Both the position numbers and the translations under genes were made by a program. This document shows, piece after piece, positions 25,872 to 37,744 of a stretch of DNA of 64,000 bases (the first letter of the stretch is position 1; the number at the start of each line of letters is the position of its first letter). This stretch comes from Candidatus Latescibacterota bacterium (GTDB taxonomy: Bacteria; Latescibacterota; UBA2968; UBA8231). The DNA lies in NCBI GenBank assembly GCA_965215195.1, contig CBDCDC010000001.1, forward strand, positions 224,001 to 288,000. The letters are read 5' to 3'. Under the pieces are notes generated by a model. That model searched no databases and was not told the origin of the DNA. It saw only the letters and a list, made by a program, of their open reading frames with translations.

Positions 25872-26949
25872 ATTTGTGCGCGCGCCACAGTAGCACCAAG
25901 GCCAAGGCGGCAAACAGCAGGTTGGCTATCCACGCACCCAGCCAAGGCGCGAGCAACTGATTCCAACCGAGGGCTTGGCCGGCCTTGACGCAACTGTAAT
26001 AAGCAAAGCAGAGCAGGACCCCCAAGCCGAAGCGATTGGCCAAGCCGGCGCGGCGAGCGTTGGCGCCGAGGGTCGCGCCGAGGGCAATGATGATAAAGCT
26101 GGTCAGGGGAAAGGATATTTTCAGGTGCAAATCGACGCGCTGGCGCGTGGCGTCCTCTCCGTTGAGCGTGGCGCGGGCGATGTAGTCGGCCAGCTCGGCG
26201 TAGTTCATTTCCTCGGGGTCCTTCTGCTGGCGGGCAAAGTCGCTGGGGAGCAACGACACGCTCGGCAGGGATAGGGTATCAAAGGAAGAAGTCGCCACGG
26301 CTTCGCCCGCGGCAAAGCGAAAGCGGCGGCCTTCGCAGAGCACCCAAGTGCCCTCGCGCCATTCCATGCGCCGGGCCACCGCGCGCTCCAGCGGAGTGTA
26401 CCCGTGCAGTCGCTCCCAAGACACTTCGTCGGCGCGTTGCCGCCCCGCATCGTAGCTGCGGGCGTACACGAACTGGTTGCCCGCGTCTTGGAGCAGGACT
26501 TGGCGGCGGGACCCGTCGCTGCGGTGATAGGACTTAATCTCGTCGCTGATTTGGTTGTACCGATAGGTGGCAGCCGGGACCACCCGGTCGGCAAAGAAAA
26601 AGGCCGCGACCGCAACGGCGAGGGCGCACGCCAAGACCGGGGCCAGCAGGCGATACAGGCCAATGCCGGTGGCCTTCATGGCGGTGATTTCGTTTTGGCG
26701 CGCCAAGCTGGTCAGGGCAAAGAGCGCGCCGAGGAGCGCGGCGATGGGCAGGGTCAGGATGAGCCAGTACGGCACCCGATAGACGTAGTAGAGTAAGATC
26801 TGCTCGGGGTGCGCCTCAAAGTCGATAAAGGTGTCGATGTTTTCAGTGAGGTCGATGATCACCGCAATGAGCAACAGGCTGATCACGGCGATTCCCAGAC
26901 ACAACAGGAAGCGGCGCGTCAGATAGAGATCGAGGACCCAAGGGAGCAC
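25870..26949 (-). CDS. lptG: LPS export ABC permease LptG (native start apparently lost at the junction with lptF)
   Basis: VLDLYLTRRF, NEITAMKATGIG, PEEMNYAEL, LHLKISFP, AWIANLLF. Confidence 0.82.
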   Translation of the reverse strand: MLPWVLDLYLTRRFLLCLGIAVISLLLIAVIIDLTENIDTFIDFEAHPEQILLYYVYRVPYWLILTLPIAALLGALFALTSLARQNEITAMKATGIGLYRLLAPVLACALAVAVAAFFFADRVVPAATYRYNQISDEIKSYHRSDGSRRQVLLQDAGNQFVYARSYDAGRQRADEVSWERLHGYTPLERAVARRMEWREGTWVLCEGRRFRFAAGEAVATSSFDTLSLPSVSLLPSDFARQQKDPEEMNYAELADYIARATLNGEDATRQRVDLHLKISFPLTSFIIIALGATLGANARRAGLANRFGLGVLLCFAYYSCVKAGQALGWNQLLAPWLGAWIANLLFAALALVLLWRAHK

Positions 26950-28008
26950 CGACCAGCGCGAAGATCAAGCAGGCGGCCGGGATGGATAGCTTCTTGTGAA
27001 TCTCGACCAAGTACTCGTTGATCCGCCCGACGCGGCGGTCTATGTGCCGCCACTGTCGGCGCAGGGCCTCGGCCGCCTGTTGCCCTTCTCGCTCTAGCTG
27101 TCTATCCGTGGGAGTCGGCGAGCTGATCTTGGTGAAGTTCGAGGTATGTGCGCGGCAATCGAATCGAGGCGGCCGTAGGCGCGCTCCATGCTCGCGGCGG
27201 CCCTCTAAGCACCAAGCGGCGCATGGCCGCGATGTTTAGCTCGCGGTCGCTGCGGTAAGACGAGGGGCGGCGCTCGTAGCGACGGCGCTCGTCCTTGATG
27301 TGCAGCACTTGGCGGGCAAAGGTGCCAAAGAAAAAGCGCTCCTCCAAGCCGGCTGCGACGCGCTGGACGTGGCCTTCCTCCAGCTCCAAGCGGATGTACG
27401 CGCCATCTCCCAACAGCGCGAGGCGGCCCCCTAGGGGCGTGGAGAATCACCGGCGGCCCGGGCGCGAGGCGTCGTAGAGCGCAATGCCGGCCAGCTCGTT
27501 ATTCGCCGGGTCGATTTTGCGGATGAGCAGGTGATAATCGCCCAAGTTGGGAATGAAGACCCCTTCCTTTTCCCGCAGCACCAAGGCGGCCTTCGTCCGC
27601 TGCAAGCTCGACGACAAGACGCGAGCTTGGTGGTTCCAGTCTGGGAGGATCTGGTCGTTAAAAAGGACCATCAGCAGGGTGAGCAGAAAAGCGGCTGCAA
27701 GCACCGGCCGCAAAAGCAGCCAAAAGCTCACCCCGCCAGGCTTTGCCGCGATGATTTCCCCGTCGGCCGCGAGGCGGCAAAGGCCATGAGCACGGCGATA
27801 AGCACGGCCATGGGCACGGCCAGCGCCACGATCCAAGCCAAGTTGAAGAGCAAAAGCTGGAGAGCGGCCAGCAGGGTCAGCCCTTGCTCAGCACTTGGTC
27901 CATCGTCTGCAATACCACGTCGATCAGCAGGATGAAGAGGATCAGCGCAAAGCCGAGCGCAAAGGGCCAGCCGTGCTCTTTGAGTACGTAGCGGGACAGG
28001 GTCGTCAT
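26935..28008 (-). pseudogene. lptF: LptF-like permease with multiple frameshifts and missing C-terminus (pseudogene or assembly error)
   Basis: Pieces in different frames: MTTLSRYVLKEH..., LAVPMAVLIAVLMAF, ADGEIIAAK, INEYLVEIHKKLSIPAACLIFALVGAPLG, then direct entry into lptG. Confidence 0.75.
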
Positions 28009-28494
28009 GGGTCGAAAGGGATACGGGGCTGTGGTGCGCAGCACACAGAGCACCGCGCCGCAAGCGGCGAGCACCCGGACGGGCCACGGGCCTAGTGCCC
28101 TTAAATATAACGACTTAGGCCACTGTCTAAAAAAGCGCGCCCTCGCGCCGCGCAACGGGAACGATTTTTGCAAGGGCTTCCTTGAAATAATCGCAGCCAC
28201 ATGCTATGTTTTCAGGTGGTTGCCCTGTCTGGGCAGCGTCCTCCTGTTCTTGGGTCTGGAGACCGCCTATCGCGTTTGGTTAATACAGAAGCCGCTCGGC
28301 GCATCGCTTTTGCTAGGCCGAGCCACAAGTTGAAGGCTTCTGAGTCGCTTCCGCTAAACCTCAATTGAAAAACCGCTCTCTTAATTGAGACTGCCGAGTA
28401 GCAAGCGAGCGTATCCGGCAATGGCTTGATGTTTGACGCCCATAGACTTGGGAGCACGTCAAACGATAGACGTCGATAGGTGTGAATTTAGAGG

Positions 28495-31400
28495 TGTTTC
28501 CCCGCTTTTCCGTCCAAGCGTTTTCCTCGTGGCTGTGCGTTTGCTTGCTCGCGGCGGTGGTACGCGCCGAAGCCTGGCCTGCACTTTGAGCCCCCTGTAC
28601 GGCCCGCTTGCCCAGCGCTTTGCAGCCCCTCGCCCAGCCGCCTTTGGGGCCGCCCCAACCGCTCTTGCCGGTCCCCAGCCGCGCGCCGATCTCGTACCAA
28701 GCCGCAGTGGACTCCGTCGGGGCATGGCCCACTACGGCCGCCGCGTCAGCGGGTTTGCCGAGGGACCAACGGTCGCCGTGGATCTAGACGACTATCTCCG
28801 CATGGAATACCAAGCCAAGCACCGGCAGCTTTGGCACCAGCAAGTCCGCCGCGACTTTCGCAGCACGGCCTCAGAACAGCGCCGGCGCAAGGGCAGCCGC
28901 TTCGAGTGGACCGTGCCCTTTTCCGCGCCCAAGCCCTCCGCATGGAATACCAAGCCAAGCACCGGCAGCTTTGGCACCAATGGCAAGAGCCGCTTTGAGT
29001 GGACCGTGCCCTTTCCGCGCCCAGCCCCTGCGGCGCTTTATTGGCGACGAAGGCCCCAGCCCTCCGGCTCAATGGCTCGCGCACCATCATCATTTCCGGG
29101 CAAGAGCGAGTGGACCGACGGCGAGGTGCAGACCTCGTTTGGACAAGCTCGAAGTTCCCCGCGCTGGGCATCGAACAGGAATCCGATTTCACGGTGGAAG
29201 GCAAAGTCGGCGAGCTGATCAGCATCCGCATCAACCAAGACACGCAAAACTTCGGCTCGGCCCTTAGCTCCAACTTGAGCGATCAGCTAGCCAACCAGAT
29301 CAAGCTCGACTACAAGGGCGAGGACGACTCCATATTCCAAGAGGTGCAGGCTGGCAATACCACCTTAGAGCTGCCCAACACCCGCTTCGTCGGCTTCCGG
29401 CAGAAAAACAAGGGCCTCTTCGGCATCCGCGCTAAGGGGCACGTCGGCCCACTGGCCTTTACGACCGTAGCCAGCCACGAAAAGAGCAAGTCCAATCGCC
29501 AGACCTTTAAGGGCGGAGCGGCCATCGACACGCTCCAGCTCGAAGACTACCGATACATCCGCAACACGTATTTCTTCTTGCACGAGTTCTATCGCACCCA
29601 CCTCCTCGATTTCCGCAGTCTGTTGGACGGAGCGCAGTTTGGCTCGGAGAACTTCGTCGATATCAGCCGCCTCGAAGTCTATATCAACGACTTCAATACG
29701 CGAAATGACGCCGAACTGTTCGCCAAGCCCGGCACGGCTTGGGTCGATCCGTCCGACTCCCTCTCCACCGTTGAGTGCTTTGACGCGGCCGGCAATCGCC
29801 GGCGCAACAGCGGCTGCTTTGAGGAGGGGACCTGGCATCGGCTCGACCCGGACGACGACTACGCGGTCGTGGCCGAGGCGGGTTATATCATCCTCAACAG
29901 ATCCGTATACGATTCTCATGCCATGGCCGTGCATTTCAAAACCCGCGCACCGGACTTCGACGGCACCCTCCAACACGAGACAGCTCGGCTCAACGCCAGC
30001 GCAGAATCCGACTCCCTGCACCTGAAGCTGATTAAAGCCCGCAACGCCCGCCCGGGTTTTCCCACTTGGAATCTAGAGTGGAAAAACGTGTACCGCATTG
30101 CCTCTGGGTTTTCCACCGGCCGCCGTTTCGACCCCAAGACCTTGCAGGTCGATATCGCCAAGGAAGTGCCCGGCCAAGAGGACCAACTTTCGCAAAAGGG
30201 CCGCTCCTACTTGCAGCTTCTGGGCTTGGACGAGCGCGGCAAAGACCCCGGCAGCGCACCCGACCGCGTCATCGACGCCGACTACATAGGGCTGGACGAC
30301 ATCCGCGGGCACTTGATTTTTCCCGACCAGCGGCCCTTTGATCCGCGTTCCAACAAATATCGCGGCCAGCTCGACGAACCCGTGCCGGCCATCTACGACG
30401 AGCAGCAGCAGCGCGCCCAGATCGAGGCCAGCCGCTACAAAATCCTCGTCCGCGCCGCCGCCTCGGAGCAGCGCATTCGGCTGGGCGGCATCTTCGGCAA
30501 CGTCCGGCCCGAGACCGTGGAAGTCCAGCTAAACGGCCGCCCCTTGGCGCGGGACACCGAGTACCGAGTCGATCCTTTCACGGGCAGCGTGACGTTTGTC
30601 GGCGCAGTCGCTCAGGAAGTGGCCGACCCGGGTGCCGACTTGGAAATCTCCTTTGAGTCCGAGGATGTCTTCAACATCGGCAGTCAGCAGAAGACCCTGT
30701 TGGGCCTGCGCACCGAGTACGAGTTCTGGGGGGGCGACGGGCGGGTGGGCAGCACCATGATCTACAACAACGAGCGTTCGAGCGACCGGCGGGTGCGGGT
30801 GGGCAACGAGCCCAAGCGCACGGTGATCTGGAACTTTGACTTGCGCGCCCGGCGCGAGGTGCCGGTCCTCACCCGCGTCGTCGATATGCTGCCGCTGGTC
30901 AAGACTGCGGTTCCCTCAGAAGTGACCTTAGACGCCGAAGTCGCGCAAAGCCGCCCCAATCTCAACACCAAGGGGCGCGGGTACATCGACGACTTTGAAG
31001 ACAGCGAGCGGCCCATTTCGCTGGTCGTCCACCGCACCCGCTGGGCACCGGCTAGCGCGCCGGCCAGCGCGCGCTTCGGCGTGGAAAATCGCGCCCACTT
31101 CATCTGGTACAATCCCTACGACGGGGTGCTGCGCACCGATATTTGGCCCAACCAAGAAGAGCAAATCGAAGCCCAAAACCGGCGCACCGACATCCTGTCG
31201 CTAGAGCTGACGCCGCGCCTCGAAGCGGCCGAGTCTTGGGGGGGAATCTCCCTCGCCTTATCAACCGTCAACGACTTCTCCGAGTCCAAGTTCCTAGAGA
31301 TCTGGGTCCGCGGACAGGAGGGCACCCTGCACGTGAACTTGGGCGACCAAATCAACGAGGACTACATCGCCAACGGCCGCCTCGACACCGAAGACGAGCC

Positions 31401-34400
31401 GTTCCCCGGGCAAGCCGCTGGCGACGGGTTGGTAGAGCCGAAGGAAGATGTGGGCATTGACGGCCGCAACGACGAGGCCGAGTTGAACTTCTACTTGCGC
31501 CTGCAAGACGCCGGGTTCGACACTACCCGCTCCCTAGCCGAGCGGAAGCAGGCCTTCGCCGCGCTTTACCCGGACCCCGACCCGCTGCGCCCCAACCGCT
31601 CGCCCGACGATCCCGAAGGGGACAACTGGAAATACGACCGCCAGCGCAACAAGAACGATTACAGCCATATCAACGGAACCGAGAACAACAAAAAAGACCT
31701 CGCAAGCAATGACCGCCCGGACACGGAAGACCTCAACGGCAACGGCGTACTCGACCGGCGCAACAATTACTACCACTACGAGATCGACCTGTCGTCGAGC
31801 CACTACGAGGTCGCCGGCACCCAAAACGAGGGCTGGCGCCAGGTGCGGGTGCCCTTGTTCGGCCCCCACGTCGAGCGCGTGGGCTTGCCCGACTCCACCC
31901 GCATTGAATACGTCCGCCTGATGCTTTCGAGCGGGCCGCGAGACCCGGTGCGGGCCGAGATCGCGCTCGTGGAAATCGTGGGCAACAAGTGGCAGGAAGA
32001 CGGCGTGGTGCGGCTCGACGAGCGCTTCCCAATAGGCGACCGCGAGGCCCTCGACGTCACGGTCATCGGCACCGACAAGAGCCAGGGCTACCGGCCTCCG
32101 CCCGGCGTGAAGATTCGCCGCAACGTGCAGTCGCGCACCCGCGAACGCGAGCAGTCCCTCGTGCTGGCCTACGAAAACCTGGAGCCGGGACACCAGATGT
32201 CGGCGACTAGAATCCTCACCCAAGCGGCCAATTACACCAGCTACGAGCGGCTGCGCATGTACGTGTATGGCGACTCAACCGAGACCATTGAATACGCGCA
32301 CGGCGATTCGAGCGACTTGGTGCTCTTCGTGCGCTTTGGCGTGGATTCGACCAACTACTACGAGGCCATCAGCCCCATCTTCCCGGGCTGGACGGGCGGG
32401 CGCAAGGGCTGGAAGGGCAATCACGTAGATGTGGATCTGCCGGTCATCTCCCAGCTCAAGGCCCTGCTGCAATCCGGGCGGGCCGACACCACCAGCGGCG
32501 AGTTCTACTACACCTACCGGGTAATTGACCCGCGCGGGGCACCGCTAGACGGCAAGACCGCGATCGCCCAACGCGAGCTGGAAGCACTCCACGCGGCCGG
32601 CTACGACCCCCAAGTCGAGGTCTTTTCCCTAGATCAGGTCTTTGCGCGGTCGGGCCTGCGCAGCGGCGAGCAAGCCATTTACCGGGTGCGGGGCAATCCG
32701 TCGATGCAGTCGATCAAACAACTGAGCATCGGCCTGCGCAACCGGGCCGCAAACCGCGCGTACAGCGGCCGCATCTTCCTCAACGAGCTGCGCCTCGACG
32801 AGGCGCGCAACGACCCCGGGCTGGCCGCGTACGCCCATCTCAACACCAAGTTAGCTGACTTTGCCAACCTCGGCGGCAACGTGCTGTGGCGGCAGGAAAA
32901 TTTCCGCAGCTTTACCGGCCAAGGAGGCAACAGCACGGACCGCGAAGCCGCGCTGTCGGTCTCCACCAACGCGCAAAAGCTCCTGCCGAGTAGCTGGGGG
33001 GTTTTGATCCCGCTCAAGGTGAACCTCAGCCGCACGACCAGCTTGCCGCGCTTCGGCCCCGGGTCGGACGTGGAGCTGACCGCCGAAGAGAAGCTGGAGC
33101 AACAGGCCGTCCGCTCCAAGGAGTTCTACGACGTGTCCATCAGCCGGCGGCAGGGCAAAAACTTCCTCTTGCGCTGGACCCTCGACCAGATGAACCTGCG
33201 GCTGTCGCATTCGCGCGAACACAGCTCGGACCCGGTGCGCCCGATCAACGAGCGCGAGGCCCAGACCATGAGCTTCAACTACAGCATGCCCCTGCCCAAG
33301 CCGGCGCTGCGGATCATGGGCTGGCTGCCGACGTTCATGCCCAAGAGCTGGGCCCAGATGCAGTTCCGCCCGCTACCTGCGAGCCTGACCTACGCGGTCA
33401 ACGGCAGCCGGCGCACCTCGCGGCTGCTGCGCCGCGGCGACGCCGCGCCGACCGCGCAGGAGGACTTCGCGCTCGTGGAAACCTATGCCTCTAAGCTCAA
33501 TCCGCTCTCCGGTCTATCGGCCAACTACAACCTCAAGATCGATCGAGACTTGCGGAAAAAATTCGCCCTCGACAAGCGGAGCTTTGGGCGCGAGGTCGGG
33601 CGCAAACAAACGGCCGACCTCAGTCTTTCGCTGCGCTTGGTCTCGTGGCTGGATCAAAACTACACCTTCAAGGCCAATTACGGAGAGCAGAACGACCCAG
33701 CGCAGCGGCGCGGGGTGGCCCCGATCGATTCGGTCAGCGGCCTGCCGTTCAAGACCCTTGACATCGACAACCAGAACGATCTCTCCGCACGCCTCAATCT
33801 CAAAATTCCGACCCTGCTCAAGAACTTGGGCAAGTCTGCGGGGCAAAGCCGCAAGGCGCAGCCGCGCGACGACCGCAAGCGAAATCGGGACGCAGACGAG
33901 GACGCGCCAACCGCAAAAGACGACCAAGCCGAGCCGCCAAAAGGCCCCAATATCCTCCGCCGCCTCGCCGGGTGGACCGGCCGCCTCGTCGAGCCGGTCA
34001 ATGCCAGTTGGCGGCGCAATGCCAACTCGCGCCACTTCAACTTGCTGCGCCGGCCCTCGCTTTCCTATCAACTCGGCCTCGATGACACCCTGCGGGTGCG
34101 GCAAGTGACCCAAGGGCTGACCCATCAAGACAACTGGTCGCACACGGCCTCGTTTGAGACCGGCTCGGGGATGCGGTTGCCCTTTGGCATCAGCGTCAAG
34201 GTCAACTCCAAGGAGCAGACCACACAGCGCAGCGGCGCTTCGCAGCAACGGCTGCGCCTGCGCCACGAGCGGACGTACCCGCGCTTGAGCCTTAGCTGGG
34301 GGCGCGCCGACCGGCTTCCCTTGATAAAGCGAGTGATCAACAGCGCGCAGGTAAACGCGAGTTTTGAGACCTCGGAGGGCAGCGAGGGCGAGGGTAGCCT

Positions 34401-34908
34401 CGCGCCCGGGCACCTGCTCTCTGAGGAGACCAAGACCGAGTTCAGAGCGTCGTGGAACGGCCGTTGGCGCTGGGGGCCGACGACGACCATCGAGCGCGTG
34501 ATCTCCATTGCGGAGAGCCGAGATTTTGAACCAACCGCAGAGGGCGACAACGGCACGCAGCGCCTGCGCGGCACCCGCGACCAAGAGCGCGTGGCCACCA
34601 CGTTCAAGATCACTCATAACCTCAAGCCGCGGCGGCTGCCCCTGATAGGCCGACTCAAGAGCGACGTCACGCTCAACTTGGAACAGAAGTTTGAAAGAGA
34701 AACGCGCTCCATCGCCACAGGTGACGAAACGCGCGTCCCCAACGACAAAACGAATAGCTGGCGCACGCAGTTGTCCATGACCTACAACTTCAGTGCGAAC
34801 TTCCGCGGCGAGGGGCGGATTCGCATTGAGAACAAAAAAGACCACATCAGAGTCAAGACGAGGAAAATCCGCGAGGTGCGGCTTTCGGGCACGTTCTTCC
34901 TCCGCTGA
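28495..34908 (+). CDS. sprA: SprA-like outer-membrane translocon (type IX secretion system); 5' end frameshifted, start uncertain
   Basis: More than 1900-aa beta-rich ORF with IKLDYKGEDDSIFQEVQAGN, KGLFGI, GYIDDFE, WYNP, TEDLNGNG, NELRL SprA-type motifs and a beta-signal-like C-terminus (LSGTFFLR). Confidence 0.82.
28796..29030 (+). repeat. Imperfect local tandem duplication in 5' sprA
   Basis: CTCCGCATGGAATACCAAGCCAAGCACCGGCAGCTTTGGCACCA occurs at 28796 and 28936. AGCCGCTT(C/T)GAGTGGACCGTGCCCTTT is also present twice. Confidence 0.85.
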
Positions 34909-34940
34909 GCGTATTGCTCGGCGCGGCTGCGGGAGATATT

Positions 34941-35306
34941 TTGTTTAATCGACGCGAGCAACGCGCTCTTATCGGCCTAGCGGCGGCCCTGCTCCTAGGG
35001 ATGCTCGTCGCCGTAAGCGATTGGTATCGCCCATCGCATTCAGAGGAATTCAGCGTCGTGCCGCGCGCGGTCGCTCCGCCGCCACCACTCGAAGTGGTAG
35101 TAGCCGAGCAGGGGCCGCTGTCGCTCAATTCGGCTACGGTCGCCGAGTTAGTCGCGCTGCCGGCAATCGGCCCCAAGATCGCCGAGCGGATCGCGGCCTT
35201 CCGCCGCGAGCGCGGTCCGTTCAAGCGGCTGGAGCAGCTAACCGAAGTCAATGGCATCGGCGCGAAGACGCTAGAAAAGCTCCGTCCTTTGCTCACAGTG
35301 GAGTAG
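34941..35306 (+). CDS. comEA: ComEA-family helix-hairpin-helix DNA-binding protein
   Basis: N-terminal TM; LNSATVAELVALPAIGPKIAERIAAFR...GPF...LTEVNGIGAKTLEKL. Confidence 0.9.
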   Translation: MFNRREQRALIGLAAALLLGMLVAVSDWYRPSHSEEFSVVPRAVAPPPPLEVVVAEQGPLSLNSATVAELVALPAIGPKIAERIAAFRRERGPFKRLEQLTEVNGIGAKTLEKLRPLLTVE

Positions 35307-35328
35307 CGGCGCACTCCACAGGAAGGGG

Positions 35329-36222
35329 TTGGGATTGTTTGGATTTGGCAGGACAAAGGCCACCGGGATCCACATCAGCGGCCAGACCGTGCGCGTCGCC
35401 GCCCTAGACGCTGGGCGCACTGGCATCCGGCCGCTGGTCTTGGCAGCCGACGAACTGGAGCGGCCCTTCGACCCGGTGGCCCTGAGCGACGAGCAGCCAC
35501 GGCAAGCGCTAGCCGCCAAGTTGGTCTCACTCGCGGCCACGTACAACTTTGACTACAGCAACGCCTGTTTCTCGCTGGACCGGCGCTTGGGTCTCATTCA
35601 GCGCCGGCCCCTCCTAGCGGGGACTGCGCGCGAAAACCGCGAACAACTCCTGTGGGAATCCGAGCAGATTTTGGCCGGAGACGCACAGGCATTTAGCTGC
35701 GATTTTGCCCTGACCTCCCAGTGGGCCTTTGTGGTGGCAGCGCGCCACCGCGCCCTCGACTGCTACCGCGTCCTAGGCAAGGAGACCGCGGTCGGTCAGC
35801 TCGACGTGGATCTAGTGCCTTTTGCCCTGTACAACGCCAGCGAATGCGCCAACCTGTTCGCCCAAGATAAGTTCTCGCTCCTGCTCTATGCGGATGTGGG
35901 CGAGGCTTGGTTCCTCCTAATAGAGGAAGGCGAGCTGTCCGCGCTGGCCAGTTGCGTCTGGGAGGGAGAGGACGCTGCGCCCGAAGCCCTAGAAGGCGCG
36001 GCGCACAAGCTGCTGAGCGAGGACCGCAGCGGCCTCCAGCGCCTGTGGGGCGCCGGCGTCGTGTATTGGAGCGAGGGCTTGGCCGCGCATTTGGGAGTGC
36101 CGCATTCAATCCTCGATCCACTCGCCGCGGTCAATCCCAAGCTGCTCGGCAGCGCCACGCCCGCGCAGCGATCCGCCTATGCCATTGCCGTGGGGCTGGC
36201 TCAGCGGGGGTTGACGCGATGA
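35329..36222 (+). CDS. PilM-like (divergent actin-like) pilus assembly protein
   Basis: GIHISGQTVRVA start, VDLVPFALYNA, C-terminal YAIAVGLAQRG. Confidence 0.6.
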   Translation: MGLFGFGRTKATGIHISGQTVRVAALDAGRTGIRPLVLAADELERPFDPVALSDEQPRQALAAKLVSLAATYNFDYSNACFSLDRRLGLIQRRPLLAGTARENREQLLWESEQILAGDAQAFSCDFALTSQWAFVVAARHRALDCYRVLGKETAVGQLDVDLVPFALYNASECANLFAQDKFSLLLYADVGEAWFLLIEEGELSALASCVWEGEDAAPEALEGAAHKLLSEDRSGLQRLWGAGVVYWSEGLAAHLGVPHSILDPLAAVNPKLLGSATPAQRSAYAIAVGLAQRGLTR

Positions 36223-37250
36223 TCCGCGTCGAACTGCTCGGCCAGCGGCGGTCGCCTTGGGCAAAAGCCTTGCTTTCGGCCTTGGTCGTTTGTGGGGGAC
36301 TATACGGGATTCACCGGCTCTTTCCCGCACTGGCGGGGTCGCTTTTCAGCGCGGATTCTGCCTTCACTCCCGTGGCCCAGCAAGAGACCACCGTACCTGC
36401 CAAACCTGTGGAGCGGCGAGAGACCGACCCTAGCCCGGGGCAAGAGCTCGCGCCCAAGCCCGGTGTGCAACAAGAAGCCACGCCAACCCCCGTCCAAGAG
36501 ACCGCGCCCAAGCCCGATGTGCAACAAAGCTCACAAGAGACCGCGCCCAAGCCCGATGTGCAACAAGAAGCCACGCCCAGCCCCGTACAAGAGACCGCGC
36601 CCCAGCCCGCGGCCCAGCAAGAGGCTACGCCAACCCCCGCCGTGCAGCGCGAGGCCGCACCCCGTCCCACCACACCGGCCCCGACATCGCCCCAGCGCAA
36701 CACGGCCTGCCACCAAGTCATGCGGATAGACGAACAGGTTCCCGCCGGGATTCGCGTGGCTTCGCTGAATTGCAACTCAACCGGGGAGTATTGGCTGGAG
36801 GGAACCAGCCCTTCGCACAAAGTACTGCGCACCTTCAGGCTTCGCTTGCAGGCATTGCCATCGCAGGTTTCGTTTTCGGTTTGGCGGGAGGGGCGCGCTC
36901 TGCGCTTTGCATTCCAAGGCCGCTTTGCCGAGCAGGGTGCCCTCCCACTGGCCGCCCTCTCGTCGGACCAAGCAGAGCAATTCTTCGGCAAGGTGGCCCG
37001 CTGGGCCGACGCCAGCGGCCTAGACAGCCTGTCGATCCACGCGCCGATCCACACGCGCACTCACCAGCGGCAAAAATTGCGCGGCCTTGGGTCCCCTCAG
37101 CAGATCAGTGCCTTCTTGCACCAGTTGCAACAGGCCGAGGCGGTCGCGACCCTCGGCGAGGTTTTGCTCATGCCCGTCCAAAGCGACGAGCGCGGCTGGG
37201 TCAAAGCGCGGCTCTACGCGGCCGTGGACATCTTAGTACAAGCACCCTGA
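36219..37250 (+). CDS. PilN/PilO-like membrane protein with Pro/Gln/Thr-rich repeat linker
   Basis: MIRVELL start (PilN-like), TM helix, repeat linker, C-terminal globular domains; overlaps the pilM-like stop. Confidence 0.5.
   Translation: MIRVELLGQRRSPWAKALLSALVVCGGLYGIHRLFPALAGSLFSADSAFTPVAQQETTVPAKPVERRETDPSPGQELAPKPGVQQEATPTPVQETAPKPDVQQSSQETAPKPDVQQEATPSPVQETAPQPAAQQEATPTPAVQREAAPRPTTPAPTSPQRNTACHQVMRIDEQVPAGIRVASLNCNSTGEYWLEGTSPSHKVLRTFRLRLQALPSQVSFSVWREGRALRFAFQGRFAEQGALPLAALSSDQAEQFFGKVARWADASGLDSLSIHAPIHTRTHQRQKLRGLGSPQQISAFLHQLQQAEAVATLGEVLLMPVQSDERGWVKARLYAAVDILVQAP
36441..36660 (+). repeat. Coding tandem repeats (QETAPKPDVQ / QEATPTPV units)
   Basis: Recurrent CAAGAGACCGCGCCCAAGCCCGATGTGCAACAA and CAAGAAGCCACGCC units. 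Confidence 0.85.
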
Positions 37251-37744
37251 TGAACAACGTTGCAGACGCGGCCATCTATCCCGGCAGCTTCGACCCCATC
37301 ACCTTCGGCCACCTGAACATCCTAGAGCGGGCCTTGGGCATCTTCTCCCAAGTCACCCTGCTGGTGGCGGTCAATCCCAACAAAGAGCCGCTCTTTTCGC
37401 TGGAGGAGAGCCGGGCGATGATCTCCGAAGCCATTAGCCACTGGCCCCAAGCCAAAGTCGATTTTCACGATGGCCTGACCGTTGACTATGCGCGGCAGCA
37501 CAACATACGCACGGCCGTGCGGGGCCTGCGGGCAGTGACCGACTTTGAGCACGAGTTTGCCATGGCCTTGACCAACCGCTCGCTGTGGCCGGAGTTCGAC
37601 ACGGTCTTTCTAATGACCAAGGCCGAGTACATGTATCTCAGCTCGTCGGTCGTGCGCCAAGTGGCGCAAATGGGCGGGCCGGTGCGCCAGTTCGTGCCGG
37701 CGTGTATTGAGCGAAGCCTGCGGGAGAAATTCCAAAATGCCTGA
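37250..37744 (+). CDS. coaD: Pantetheine-phosphate adenylyltransferase
   Basis: IYPGSFDPITFGH, RGLRAVTDFEHE, LSSSVVR. Confidence 0.95.
   Translation: MNNVADAAIYPGSFDPITFGHLNILERALGIFSQVTLLVAVNPNKEPLFSLEESRAMISEAISHWPQAKVDFHDGLTVDYARQHNIRTAVRGLRAVTDFEHEFAMALTNRSLWPEFDTVFLMTKAEYMYLSSSVVRQVAQMGGPVRQFVPACIERSLREKFQNA

Noticed and set aside
28200-28430. Structured ncRNA upstream of sprA (CAGAAGCC...GGCTTCTG stem)
   Set aside because: It is a single 8-bp stem with no recognisable Rfam family features, and it lies in an error-prone region.
28796-29030. 44-bp direct repeat as CRISPR or att site
   Set aside because: There are only two copies, inside the sprA coding sequence; a local duplication or assembly error explains it.
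36441-36660. Possible CRISPR array
   Set aside because: The repeats are in-frame coding units without unique spacers, and no cas genes are present.
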